Source of the DNA: an uncultured Novosphingobium sp. | GTDB taxonomy: Bacteria; Pseudomonadota; Alphaproteobacteria; Sphingomonadales; Sphingomonadaceae | DNA: 60,637 nucleotides | Reading direction: 5' to 3' | Assembly (NCBI GenBank): GCA_964627175.1 | Contig: CAZVHM010000002.1 | Coordinates: 3,759 to 64,395 of the forward strand | Shown: positions 37,024 through 46,411 of the stretch, piece by piece | Position numbering within the stretch: the stretch's first letter is position 1 | Layout: the number at the start of each line of letters is the position of its first letter | Notes under the pieces: generated by a model | The model's database searches: none | Seen by the model: only the letters and a program-made list of their open reading frames with translations | What the model was told of the DNA's origin: nothing | Position numbers and translations under genes: made by a program

Positions 37024-37062
37024 AAAAAGGCCCGGCCGGTATATCCCCGGCCGGGCCTTTTT
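37024..37062. terminator. Bidirectional rho-independent terminator
   Basis: AAAAAGGCCCGGCCGG...CCGGCCGGGCCTTTTT. Confidence 0.9.
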
Positions 37063-37122
37063 AAAACCATGCTGAGACTAAAACCTTGCCAGGACATCAG
37101 CCCCGGCAAGGTTCCTAGATGA

Positions 37123-38382
37123 TCAGGCAGCCTTGGTGTTGAGGTCTTCCGGAAGCGGAACGACGTCCTTCCAGGTCTGGGTCTCGGGGAAGAGGAAGGT
37201 TTCGGCGATAACCTTGGACCAATCAATCTGTTCCTGCGGGGTGACGCCCAGCGAACCATCGGCAGCAACGCTGCGCGCAGCCTTGAGCATCGCACGACGC
37301 CAGGCAACAACCGCCATGTCGGTACGACCAAGGTGTTCCTTGGTGCGATCGGCAATCGGCCCCATGGTTTCACTCACCGCGTGATCCTGCACCGCAATGC
37401 CGACAATGCCGGACATGTTGGTGGTCTTCATCATCTCGCGATCCTGATTGTACCAGTTCGCGTTGTTCACGTACTTGAAGAAGTTCTCGTCATGGTACGT
37501 GCCGGCCTCGTCGATGCGGTGCTGCCGATCGATGATCTGCGTTTCATCGTAGAAGAACTGGACGTGCCAGGTGGACGTGTCGTCACGCGGAACGAAAGCG
37601 TTGATCAGGCGACGATTACGACGGTGCGCCGGCGCCTTTTCGCCATCGGGCGGAATGAAGGTGTAGAACGGCAGCGGAATCTGCGTCATGCGGCCCTGGT
37701 TGAGTTCGCCGTCCTTGCGGATAGCGCAATAACGCAGGCCGTAGCTGGTCAGTTCAACTTCCAGCTTGGGACGGAGATCCTTTTCATGAGGCCACTTCGC
37801 CTCATGGCCCCACGGGCTTTCGCGGTGAAGGACGCCGGCGTGAGCCGAATCGATCGCACCTTCGATCGACTGTGCATAGTTGCACTCGTAGATCACCTTG
37901 AAGGCTTCAACGTGGCCAGGCTCCATGTCAAACCACGGGAAGTGCGGGAATTCCGGCAACTGTTCCTTGGGGCCCATGTAGGTCCAGATCATACCGCCGG
38001 CCGAACGGGTCGGATAGGCAGTGACGCGCATGGCCTTGGCCAGCGTGGCGCCTTCCGGCTCTGCGGGGGTGTCGGTGCACTGGCCGTTCACATCGAACTT
38101 CCAGCCATGGAAAAGGCAGCGCAGGCCGCAATCGCCGTTGACGCCAAGCGCCAGCGACGTACCGCGGTGCGGGCAACGCTCGTCAAGCAGGCCAACGCGA
38201 CCTTCTGTGTCGCGGAAAGCGACCAGATCTTCGCCCAACAGGCGAATGCGGACGGGCTTTCCGTCATTCTCGGGCAGTTCCGATTCGAGCAGCGCCGGAA
38301 TCCAGAACCTGCGCATGAAATTACCCATAAGGGTCCCCGGACCCACACGGGTCAGGGCTTCATTATCCGCTTGTGAGAGCAC
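37123..38382 (-). CDS. Rieske non-heme iron oxygenase, phthalate 4,5-dioxygenase/LigXa-type alpha subunit
   Basis: CPHR...CLFHGW Rieske site and 'EGAIDSAHAGVLH...QD' mononuclear-Fe motif. Confidence 0.92.
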   Translation of the reverse strand: MLSQADNEALTRVGPGTLMGNFMRRFWIPALLESELPENDGKPVRIRLLGEDLVAFRDTEGRVGLLDERCPHRGTSLALGVNGDCGLRCLFHGWKFDVNGQCTDTPAEPEGATLAKAMRVTAYPTRSAGGMIWTYMGPKEQLPEFPHFPWFDMEPGHVEAFKVIYECNYAQSIEGAIDSAHAGVLHRESPWGHEAKWPHEKDLRPKLEVELTSYGLRYCAIRKDGELNQGRMTQIPLPFYTFIPPDGEKAPAHRRNRRLINAFVPRDDTSTWHVQFFYDETQIIDRQHRIDEAGTYHDENFFKYVNNANWYNQDREMMKTTNMSGIVGIAVQDHAVSETMGPIADRTKEHLGRTDMAVVAWRRAMLKAARSVAADGSLGVTPQEQIDWSKVIAETFLFPETQTWKDVVPLPEDLNTKAA

Positions 38383-38407
38383 GCCTTCCTCCTATTGTTA
38401 GTCGATC

Positions 38408-38424
38408 GTGTATGCAGTATAGCA
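38408..38424. promoter_or_regulatory. Putative operator GTGTATGCAGTATAGCA
   Basis: Contains the reverse complement of TGCTATAC just upstream of the Rieske gene. Confidence 0.5.
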
Positions 38425-38465
38425 GCTGCGACACCCCTTGTCACTGCACCGATGAAGGATTTTCT

Positions 38466-38756
38466 GTGCTCGATGATATTCACGATATCGATGACTGGTC
38501 GCAGATCACGATCTGGGCCCTTATCGACCGTATTCAGCGGTCTTCCGGGTTTGGCCACATGGTCTACCGCGAGACTGAGCTCGACGAACTCTGGCGCATT
38601 CTTGACATTGCTTCGGCAACGGCAGTGCGCAACGCCGATCCTGATGCCGCCCGCCTGCTGGAAATGAAGGCGGTGGTAATGAAGGCCCACGACCAGATCG
38701 GCGATGATGGCGATCTGGCTGGCGCAGCAGAGACGCTGAAGGCCGGGTTCAAGTGA
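38466..38756 (+). CDS. Small acidic hypothetical protein (~96 aa)
   Basis: GTG start after AAGGA, normal codon usage, fills the gap divergent from the Rieske gene. Confidence 0.65.
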   Translation: MLDDIHDIDDWSQITIWALIDRIQRSSGFGHMVYRETELDELWRILDIASATAVRNADPDAARLLEMKAVVMKAHDQIGDDGDLAGAAETLKAGFK

Positions 38757-38824
38757 AAGTGTGGCAGGCCGGCCGCGGGGAGCGCGCCGGCCTGCTCATT
38801 ATGGTGTCTTCACAAGAAAGATCG

Positions 38825-39121
38825 TCAATTGGCTTTCGGCGGAGCCATCATGGCGACCCGCATCGGAGTGACCGAACGCAGCACCAGAACGCCTGCCGCG
38901 ACATAAGGGTCGCCACTCGCCACCGCAGTGGCATCGGCCGTGCTGGCCGCGCTCACGATGATGACGCTGCCGATCGCACCGCCCTCGTCGTCCAGCAGCG
39001 GGCCGGCCATGTGCAGCCCTTCCCCAAGGCCGCGACGATAACCGATATGATCTGGCCGAAGCCGCTCACGAGTCTCGGCATCGCCGGTCTGATCATAGAT
39101 CACCAGATAGGTATTGCTCAT
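38825..39121 (-). CDS. YciI-family protein
   Basis: 'RLRPDH', 'AGPLLD', 'GSVIIV', 'DPY' signature. Confidence 0.88.
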   Translation of the reverse strand: MSNTYLVIYDQTGDAETRERLRPDHIGYRRGLGEGLHMAGPLLDDEGGAIGSVIIVSAASTADATAVASGDPYVAAGVLVLRSVTPMRVAMMAPPKAN

Positions 39122-39126
39122 GCGAT

Positions 39127-39786
39127 TCACCCCAGCTTGTAGATGTCGAGCGTCGTCTCGCCGGCCATGAGGCGCCTGCATATCTCAGCCTCGTCGTCGT
39201 CGCGCTGACGCGAGGCGGCAATTACCTCGGCTGCCCGTGCCTGGGGCACGACGACCACGCCGTCGTTATCGCCAATCACCAGGTCGCCTGGTTCGACTGC
39301 TAGTCCACCGAAACGCAATGAACGGTTGATAGCGCCATAGGCATCGCGGTCCTTGCCGGTGCCGCGAATGCAAAGTCCGCGAGCAAAAATGGGGAAACCC
39401 ACCTCACCAAGCAGTTCAAAATCGCGCACGCAGCCATCGATCACCAGCCCGCCCAACTGGCGGGCCTTGGCGGCGGTGGACATCACCTCGCCCCAGTAGC
39501 CATGATCGAACTTGCCCTCGACATGCACCACCAGAACATCGCCCGGCTGCGCCGCATAGATCGCATAGTGCAGCCACAGGTTGTCACCCGGAGGGGAATG
39601 AACCGTGACCGCTGGCCCGCAAACCCGGAAATGCGGGTGCACGGGCTTGATCTCATGCGGCATCACGCCGATCTTCCCGCCGGCTTCATGCACGGTGGCC
39701 GTGCTCAGCCCTTGGGCCGATGCCACCAAGTCTGGCGCAACGCGACTGAAACCATCGCGAACGATGGTGCTCTTGCGATCGCTCAC
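39127..39786 (-). CDS. RraA/HMG-CHA aldolase family (LigK-like)
   Basis: 'TATVHEA', 'GPAVTV..PGDNLWLH', 'WGEVM', 'DGCVRD', 'GDNDGVVVVP'. Confidence 0.88.
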   Translation of the reverse strand: MSDRKSTIVRDGFSRVAPDLVASAQGLSTATVHEAGGKIGVMPHEIKPVHPHFRVCGPAVTVHSPPGDNLWLHYAIYAAQPGDVLVVHVEGKFDHGYWGEVMSTAAKARQLGGLVIDGCVRDFELLGEVGFPIFARGLCIRGTGKDRDAYGAINRSLRFGGLAVEPGDLVIGDNDGVVVVPQARAAEVIAASRQRDDDEAEICRRLMAGETTLDIYKLG

Positions 39787-40439
39787 GACTGCCTCGTCTG
39801 CAGCTTGTGGTAGTTATACTGGCGACGCGCCTCAACCAGCGACAGCCCGCCACGCACCGCTTCGCGGATCGCTTCTTCAGCGTGGTGGATCGCTTCCGCC
39901 TCGGCCAGAACCCGCTCTTCGTGTTCCTGCGGAATGACCAGAACGCCATCGGCATCACCGCGCAGGATGTCGCCGTTGTTGACGCGCGCGCCGCCGATGT
40001 TCACGGTGCAGTTCATTTGCTCGACCTGAACGCGGTCCTTGCCGGTACGCATCCAGTTGCCCCGGCTGAACACCGGATAGCCCAGCTTGCGGCACAGCGA
40101 AACGTCGCGATTGATCCCGTCAATCACCGTGGCAGCCAGACCACGGCGGTGCGCTATCTCGGTCAGGATGTCACCCCAGATGGTTGCATCGTCGCGGCCG
40201 CGATTGTCGATCGTCACGACATGCCCTTCCGGCACATCATCGATGTAATCACCCACGGTGCCGGGCGGGTTTGCCGCGGGGCCACAGAGCATGGTGAACG
40301 CACGGCCAGCAAAGGCGAACGAGGGATCACGGCTGCTGATCTGATAGCATTGGCCAACGATGCCCAGCTTGTCGAGGGCATCGCTGATCGTGGCGGTGTC
40401 GAGCTTCTCGGCTCGTGCTACATTGGCGTCCTTTGCCAT
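39783..40439 (-). CDS. RraA/HMG aldolase-family protein
   Basis: 'TATISDALD', 'WGDIL', 'DGINRD', 'GDADGVLVIP'. Confidence 0.88.
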   Translation of the reverse strand: MAKDANVARAEKLDTATISDALDKLGIVGQCYQISSRDPSFAFAGRAFTMLCGPAANPPGTVGDYIDDVPEGHVVTIDNRGRDDATIWGDILTEIAHRRGLAATVIDGINRDVSLCRKLGYPVFSRGNWMRTGKDRVQVEQMNCTVNIGGARVNNGDILRGDADGVLVIPQEHEERVLAEAEAIHHAEEAIREAVRGGLSLVEARRQYNYHKLQTRQS

Positions 40440-41107
40440 TACTTCTTGCCTTCCAGCATGTGTTCGTAGTTCCCGCCCATGACCTCGGCAATCGGCGTTC
40501 CAGAGCGGATCGCGGCTGCCATTGCGGTTTCGCGGGCGATGATGTCTTCGGCGGTCCGCAGGACCTCCTCGACGTTGTCGGGCGAGATGAAGATCGAGGC
40601 GCTGTTGTCGGCAACCACATAATCACCGGGATGAACGGTGACGGGGCCGATCTGGACCGGGCCGTTGGTTTCCTTTTCCACCACGCGGCCACGCGCCGTG
40701 AGGCTCGTCACCTTGTTGGTGAAGATGGGGAAATCATAGCCACGCGCTTCGTCGATGTCGCGCACCGGGCCGTCAGCGATCACCCCGGCAACACCGCGCT
40801 GCATGGCGCCGACGGTGAGCAGGCCGCCCCAGCAGCCGGCCTCGACGCCGGTGCGCTGCTCCACCACGATGATGTCGCCCGGCTCAGCCAGGCCGATCGC
40901 GGTGGTGCCCAGGTGACGCGGCGGCCCCGGGGGCGGTTCGCCGGTGCCAAGACGCACCGTCACGACCCGCCCGGCAATCCGCCCGGTACCAGACATCTGC
41001 GGCAGGCCGGTGGCCTGCCCGGAAAGTTTCAGCCGGTCGAGAGCATCGCTCAGCGCGCAGCAATCGATCCGCGCCAAACGCGCGACGATATCCTTAGGAT
41101 CAGTCAT
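40439..41107 (-). CDS. RraA/HMG aldolase-family protein
   Basis: 'LSDALD', 'WGGLL', 'DGPVRD', 'PGDYVVAD'. Confidence 0.88.
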   Translation of the reverse strand: MTDPKDIVARLARIDCCALSDALDRLKLSGQATGLPQMSGTGRIAGRVVTVRLGTGEPPPGPPRHLGTTAIGLAEPGDIIVVEQRTGVEAGCWGGLLTVGAMQRGVAGVIADGPVRDIDEARGYDFPIFTNKVTSLTARGRVVEKETNGPVQIGPVTVHPGDYVVADNSASIFISPDNVEEVLRTAEDIIARETAMAAAIRSGTPIAEVMGGNYEHMLEGKK

Positions 41108-41116
41108 TTCTCTCCC

Positions 41117-42109
41117 CTAGCGCCAGCAGACGAAGCCCATGGCATTACCGGTTCCGGCCTCGCTGCGATAGCATGGCACGTAATCCAGCACCTCGGGCTC
41201 CAGCCCGACAGCAGCCATGGCACCGGCAACCGGCACCCAGTTCTTCAGTTCGGATGTGCCATCTTGGAACACACCTTCGCCCAAGGCTTCGACCCGGGCG
41301 ATATCCTTGCTGCGCAGCGCATCGAGAAACACTCCATCCACTTCCTCGTCGACAACGAAGTGCGTAAGGCCACCACTGGCAATCAATGCAACACGTGCAT
41401 CGCTATCCCAGGATTCAATGGCCCGAACGATGGACTGTCCGAAATCGAAACAGCGCCGAACGGTAGGCTGGTTCGGCGGATAGAACGCATTCACGCAGGC
41501 CATAACGGTCGGCACCGGATTGTCGCGCATGATCCGCCGGAAGATGAAGCCCCAGGCGTGCGGCGTTTCCGGCTTGGGCATGCCCTTCATGGCGGCAACG
41601 TCGAAATTGTCTGCCATCGCCTGACGGATGATATGCCGGGCCAGCTCCGGATGGCCAGGGTATTCGGCCCCGCCCGTTGGAATATAGCCCGGAATGGCCG
41701 GCTTCACCCCGGTCGGGACGGTGGCCATCCGTTCCGGAGTGAATTCGTAGTTGGTGATCGTATCGCCATAATGGACGGCGAAGGCCGGGATCAGGCGCTC
41801 GTCGAAGATCTCCATTTGGTCGTTCCCGACCACCACGGCGACATCGACCTTGGCCTCGGCGAAAGCATCGGCCAGGGCTTCGATGGAATTCTGGCACCGC
41901 ACTTGCTGCGCGTCCCAGACTTCCTTGTTCACCATCTTCTCGATGCCCTCGTGGCGGCGAGCCGCCACGAGTTCGTCAAAGCTATAGCTACCGTTGCGCC
42001 ACGCGTGGCGCACTTCCTTGTCGAACGGAACCCGAGCATCCCAGATTTCCGTTTCGGTCACGAGCATGGGTCCGTGGCTGGACCCGATCCCCAGAACAAT
42101 CCTGGCCAT
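41117..42109 (-). CDS. ligZ: LigZ-like class III (LigB-type) extradiol dioxygenase
   Basis: 'IVLGIGSSHGPML', 'GNDQMEIFDERL', 'PETPHA', 'FYPPNQPTVRRC', 'SGGLTHFV' closely match recalled OH-DDVA oxygenase. Confidence 0.82.
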   Translation of the reverse strand: MARIVLGIGSSHGPMLVTETEIWDARVPFDKEVRHAWRNGSYSFDELVAARRHEGIEKMVNKEVWDAQQVRCQNSIEALADAFAEAKVDVAVVVGNDQMEIFDERLIPAFAVHYGDTITNYEFTPERMATVPTGVKPAIPGYIPTGGAEYPGHPELARHIIRQAMADNFDVAAMKGMPKPETPHAWGFIFRRIMRDNPVPTVMACVNAFYPPNQPTVRRCFDFGQSIVRAIESWDSDARVALIASGGLTHFVVDEEVDGVFLDALRSKDIARVEALGEGVFQDGTSELKNWVPVAGAMAAVGLEPEVLDYVPCYRSEAGTGNAMGFVCWR

Positions 42110-42120
42110 CGCCGTAATCC

Positions 42121-43131
42121 TTAGAGCTTGAACACCCGCTTGGCGTTCTCCGAGAAGATCTGGCGCTTTTCAGCGTCAGTAAGCCAATCAAAACCGGCGA
42201 TGTGCGGCGCGATATGATCGAGCGTATGACCGGTTGCCGGATCGACAGCCGAGCCGACGCCGGGGCATTCCGCACCGAACAGGCAGCGATCCACACCGAC
42301 GGTCTTGATCAGCAGACGCAGAGCCTCTTCCGTGTAAAGCACGGTGTCGAAATAGAGGTGGCGCAGCATGTCGTAGAAATTCTTGCCCTGACGCAGCGCC
42401 GAGGCCTGGAAGCGCCCCGCGTGATACGGAATGGCGCCGCCACCGTGGCTGACGACAATCTTCAGGTCAGGGAAATCCTTGAACACGTCGGAATGCAGCA
42501 GCCCGTAAACTGCGGTCGTTTCGTCCAGCAGGAAGTTCAGCGTGTAAGGCGACTTTTCCGAACGCGAAGACGCCGAGTGGATGTGCGCCGGAACGTCAAG
42601 CTCACAGAGCTTTTCGTACAGCGGATACCAATAGCGATCGCCCATCGGCGGAGCTTCGGGGCCGCTGTTTTCGAACGGATCGGGATTGAGCAGGCAGCCC
42701 TTGAAGCCGAGGGTATTGACCGCCCGCTCGAGCTCCGGAAGCACGACCTCGATCGGGTCTCCGGCAACCTGGGGAATGCCTGCCACGCCCACGAAACGGT
42801 CAGGCAGCAGGCCAACTGTGCGGGCGATGATGTTATTGGTTTCCTCGCAGAACCAGTGAACCAGCTTGCCCGGCTTTTCCGAATGCATCTGCTGAAATGG
42901 CCGCGGCGACAGGAGCTGCATCCGCGTCCCCGCCTTATCGAGCATGTCGAGGTGGCCGCAGGGGGCCATTTCCTTCTTGTTCGCGAAGTGGAGAATCTCC
43001 TCATCACTCACTTCCGGGAACTTCCGCCCATGCTCGCCGCGGTGCGAAAGCAGTAGCGACTTGTATACCCACAGGGCGTCCGGCGCGCTCACATGGCCGT
43101 GACAATCAATGATATCGTAAGCTTCGGTCAC
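42121..43131 (-). CDS. ligY: LigY-like meta-cleavage product C-C hydrolase (amidohydrolase fold)
   Basis: 'IIDCHGHVSAP', 'SPRPFQ', 'PQVAG', 'GDRYWYPLYEKLCELD', 'ECPGVGS' closely match recalled LigY. Confidence 0.85.
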   Translation of the reverse strand: MTEAYDIIDCHGHVSAPDALWVYKSLLLSHRGEHGRKFPEVSDEEILHFANKKEMAPCGHLDMLDKAGTRMQLLSPRPFQQMHSEKPGKLVHWFCEETNNIIARTVGLLPDRFVGVAGIPQVAGDPIEVVLPELERAVNTLGFKGCLLNPDPFENSGPEAPPMGDRYWYPLYEKLCELDVPAHIHSASSRSEKSPYTLNFLLDETTAVYGLLHSDVFKDFPDLKIVVSHGGGAIPYHAGRFQASALRQGKNFYDMLRHLYFDTVLYTEEALRLLIKTVGVDRCLFGAECPGVGSAVDPATGHTLDHIAPHIAGFDWLTDAEKRQIFSENAKRVFKL

Positions 43132-43151
43132 CCTTGCTTCCTTCCCCTAAA

Positions 43152-43186
43152 TCGGATACCAACGTGTATAGCAATCGTGTAAGAAG
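43152..43186. promoter_or_regulatory. Putative operator array containing GTGTATAGCAA
   Basis: GTGTATAGCAA at 43164-43174 (reverse complement TTGCTATACAC), flanked by GGATACCAA and CGTGTAAG, upstream of ligY. Confidence 0.6.
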
Positions 43187-43301
43187 GGTCAACCGCCCTC
43201 CGGATGCAATAGCGCTAAAGGGCAGGGTGCACTCTAGGTCGCACGACGCGATGTTAGGCGAATGTTGAGTAGCACCACGAGAGCGAGTGGAGAGTTTTAA
43301 G

Positions 43302-44519
43302 ATGGCAACTGCAACCACGGAAAAGCCAATCAGCGCCCCCGTGATCGAATCGGGCGATGCCGCCTTGGCGATGGTCCGCAATCTGATCCCCGAGATCTCG
43401 GCAGCCTCGAAAATCGCGGACTCTGAGCGCCACCTTCCGTCCAGCCTGGTCAACACGATGCGCGATCTTGGTCTTTTCGGCTTGGTCATGCCGAAGAGCC
43501 TGGGCGGTTCTGAGCTTGGTTTCCGGGACCTCGTCAGCGTCACCGCCGAGATCGGCACCGCGTGTGGTTCGGCGGCGTGGATTTACGGCGTGCTCGCTGG
43601 CCATTCTTGGCTAATCAACCTGTTCCCCGAACAGGCCCAGCGCGAAATCATGGCTGATCCCAAGACCTTGCTCGGCACGGTATTTCGCCTTGGCGGGGAC
43701 GTCGTTCAGGAAGGCGACGGCTATCGCCTGACCGGTGGCAACGGACGTTTCTGCTCTGGCATCGACCACGCCACATGGGTCATCATCGGTAACGCGGTGA
43801 AGCATCCCGACGGCCGGATGGAACCGCGTTTCTTCGTGATCCCGAAGTCCGACATCGAAGTGATCGACGACTGGTTCACGATGGGCATGCGCGGAACCGG
43901 CAGCCGCTCGATCAAGGTCGATAGCGCGTTCATTCCTGCTCACCGCAGCGTTGCGCTCTCCGACATGCTCGCTGGCACGACCCCCGGCGCGGATGTTCAC
44001 TCCGGCGCGAAGTACAAGATGAGCTTCGCCGAACTTTCGCCCTTCTCCATTGTCGGTGCTCCGCTGGGCATCGCCAAGGGCATGGTGCGTCGGTTCGCAG
44101 CCGATGTGGGCGCCCGCCTGGATGGTGAAGGCCTGCAGGGCATTGGCGAACAGTCCGCCACTTTCGCCCGCATTGCAGAAGCCGATGCCGCCATCGATGC
44201 AGCGCTGGCACTGGTTCTTTCCGACGCAGACCGGATCGACAACGCGACCTCACCCGAGGACATCTCGAAGCTGCAGCGCCTCGCCATTCCGCGCAACTGG
44301 GCCTATGCGGTTCAGACTGCTCGGCACGCCGCCAACCGGATCTTCGAAGCTTCGGGCGGCAGCGGCATCTACGACGATAGCGCCATTCAGCACCAGTTCC
44401 GCGATCTCAACGGCGGTTCGCAGCACTTCGCGTTCACCTGGGATACTGCAATGAGCAATTACGGTCGGGTACAGAGCGGTTTCGAACCGGTGCCGTTCAC
44501 CGTCCGCCGCAAGAACTGA
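43302..44519 (+). CDS. Two-component flavin-dependent monooxygenase, oxygenase subunit (HsaA/C2-type, acyl-CoA dehydrogenase fold)
   Basis: 'ACGSAAW', 'FCSGIDHATW', 'DDWFTMGMRGTGS', 'FRDL....QH'. Confidence 0.9.
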   Translation: MATATTEKPISAPVIESGDAALAMVRNLIPEISAASKIADSERHLPSSLVNTMRDLGLFGLVMPKSLGGSELGFRDLVSVTAEIGTACGSAAWIYGVLAGHSWLINLFPEQAQREIMADPKTLLGTVFRLGGDVVQEGDGYRLTGGNGRFCSGIDHATWVIIGNAVKHPDGRMEPRFFVIPKSDIEVIDDWFTMGMRGTGSRSIKVDSAFIPAHRSVALSDMLAGTTPGADVHSGAKYKMSFAELSPFSIVGAPLGIAKGMVRRFAADVGARLDGEGLQGIGEQSATFARIAEADAAIDAALALVLSDADRIDNATSPEDISKLQRLAIPRNWAYAVQTARHAANRIFEASGGSGIYDDSAIQHQFRDLNGGSQHFAFTWDTAMSNYGRVQSGFEPVPFTVRRKN

Positions 44520-44528
44520 GCGTTTACG

Positions 44529-45083
44529 ATGCGGGCTGCGACGGCTGAAACGCGCCACTATCACGCGCTGGCTCGCGCGCTTCACTGGATAATGGCGGCA
44601 ATAATCGTTGCCGCCATTATCCTTGTCATCTTCCGTGACCCTATCGAGGGCGCGGTCGGATGGCGTACGATGGGGCTCCACAAATCCCTGGGCCTCCTTG
44701 CCCTCGGCCTCGGCGTGGGGCGACTTGCCTGGCGCATGATCAAGGCGCCTCCTCCGCTCGATCCCGCGACTGGGCGTCTTGCGGCGGCAGCGGCTCACGG
44801 CGTTCACGCCTTGCTCTATGTCCTGATGCTCGGCCTTCCGGTGCTGGGTTATATAATCAGTTCGGCCGGCCCTTACCCGATGGCGTTCTTCGGCATTCCT
44901 GTGGCCAAATTGCCGATTGGTGCGAATTCCCCCCTCGCCCATTTCGCTGAGCCCGCGCACGTTTACGGCGGCTATGTGATGGCCGCGCTGGTGATCGGCC
45001 ATGTGGGCGCGGCGCTCTATCACCATTTCGTGTTGCGCGATTCCACGCTTCTGCGGATGACCCGGGGCGCTCCGACAACCTGA
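44529..45083 (+). CDS. Cytochrome b561 (CybB-like di-heme)
   Basis: 'RALHW', 'HKSLG', 'H.LLY', 'PAHVYG', 'GHVGAALYHH...D..L.RM'. Confidence 0.92.
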   Translation: MRAATAETRHYHALARALHWIMAAIIVAAIILVIFRDPIEGAVGWRTMGLHKSLGLLALGLGVGRLAWRMIKAPPPLDPATGRLAAAAAHGVHALLYVLMLGLPVLGYIISSAGPYPMAFFGIPVAKLPIGANSPLAHFAEPAHVYGGYVMAALVIGHVGAALYHHFVLRDSTLLRMTRGAPTT

Positions 45084-45098
45084 TCGGGGATCTTTTAC

Positions 45099-45614
45099 GT
45101 GAGCAATCAAAATCAGGATGATTCCGCCGCGGCTGGCCTTCTTCGAGCCATGCGGCGTTTTGCCAGTTCTGTTACTGTCATTTCGGTTCGCGCCCCAAAC
45201 GGTCAGCGAAACGCCATTACCGCCACTTCGCCCACATCCGTATCGATGGAACCACCGTCGATGCTTTTTTGCGTGCATCGCGAATCCAGCTTGGCGGGCG
45301 CCCTCTCCGAAGGCAGCGGTTTTTGCATCAACGTTCTTGCGGACGATCAGGAAGATATTGCCCGCGCCTGCGCTTCCAAGCTCAAGGGCGAAGAACGGTT
45401 CGAAGGTGGAGACTGGCGGGACAGCGATGCGGGTACGCCCTGGCTCGCCAATGCTGAAGCGGCGATCGTCTGCACTGTGGCACAGATCGTTCCGTTCGGC
45501 TCACACGATGTCGTGATCGGCACGGTGAACGCCGTGCACATTGGCGATCCGCGAGATCCGCTGGTGTACTTCGACGGACGCTACCGGACTGTCGCCGCGG
45601 ACGAACCGGCCTGA
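45099..45614 (+). CDS. Flavin reductase (HpaC-like)
   Basis: 'AMRRFASSVTVI', 'SVSMEPP', 'FCINVL', 'GSHDVVIG'. Confidence 0.93.
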   Translation: MSNQNQDDSAAAGLLRAMRRFASSVTVISVRAPNGQRNAITATSPTSVSMEPPSMLFCVHRESSLAGALSEGSGFCINVLADDQEDIARACASKLKGEERFEGGDWRDSDAGTPWLANAEAAIVCTVAQIVPFGSHDVVIGTVNAVHIGDPRDPLVYFDGRYRTVAADEPA

Positions 45615-45664
45615 CCGGCAGTGTCCACACCGCCTGAATAACAAGAATCGTAGGAGGGGAAACA

Positions 45665-46357
45665 ATGAATCACACGCGTGCTTCGGCTTGGGATCCGGTC
45701 GTCACATGGTGGCGAATCGCGTTCGCCACACATCTGCTCTATTCCGGCATTGCCTATGCGTCGGTTGGCTGGGTGCCGATGGATATGATCCAGGGCAAGG
45801 TCGGCATTGGCGACTATCTCAATATCCTCAACGCCATCGGCATGTACCCGTTGGTCAAGTATTTCGAGATCGTCGCCGGGTTCTTCCTGCTGATCAACCG
45901 CGGGGTGCCGCTCATACTCGTCGTACACATGCCGATTACCATGACGATCACCTACCTGAACCTGGTGGTCAATCCGCATGAACGGCACATCTACACCGGT
46001 ATTCAGGAATTCATGCTGCACATTCCGTTGCTGGTAGCATACGGCGGCTATTATGCGCCGTTCCTGCGCTGGAAATCCCGCCCGTGGTGGCTGCTCCAGA
46101 ACATGCCGGCGACCGCGGTCGAGCCTGGTGGTCAGGCTAGTGGTTCGCACGACCGTGCCGGCCCGGCCCCTCGCCCGGCTGTGGCCGGGATCGCAGTAGT
46201 GGTGGTGGCTTCGCTGCTGATTCTCGCTGGATCGCAGTTTATGTCCCTGCCCCCGCGGCAGCTTCCCCCGCGTGACTGGGTGCCGCTCATCACCGGTGGT
46301 CTCGCGTTCATCTGGGAATGGCGCCGCGTGGCCCGTGCAGCAGCGGCCACCCCCTGA
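45665..46357 (+). CDS. DoxX-like membrane protein with C-terminal extension
   Basis: 'LVKYFEIVAGFFLLINRGVPL' parallels 1..498. AGGAGG RBS. Confidence 0.7.
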   Translation: MNHTRASAWDPVVTWWRIAFATHLLYSGIAYASVGWVPMDMIQGKVGIGDYLNILNAIGMYPLVKYFEIVAGFFLLINRGVPLILVVHMPITMTITYLNLVVNPHERHIYTGIQEFMLHIPLLVAYGGYYAPFLRWKSRPWWLLQNMPATAVEPGGQASGSHDRAGPAPRPAVAGIAVVVVASLLILAGSQFMSLPPRQLPPRDWVPLITGGLAFIWEWRRVARAAAATP

Positions 46358-46379
46358 TCCAACGCACATTTTGCAGCAG

Positions 46380-46411
46380 AAAAGCCCGGGACGAGAGTCC
46401 CGGGCTTTTTT
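46380..46411 (+). terminator. Rho-independent terminator
   Basis: AAAAGCCCGGGAC-GAGA-GTCCCGGGCTTTTTT. Confidence 0.9.

Noticed and set aside
37123-38382. Calling the Rieske gene ligXa
   Set aside because: The catalytic-domain motif looks phthalate-dioxygenase-like and differs from the LigXa sequence as I recall it. A phylogeny is needed.
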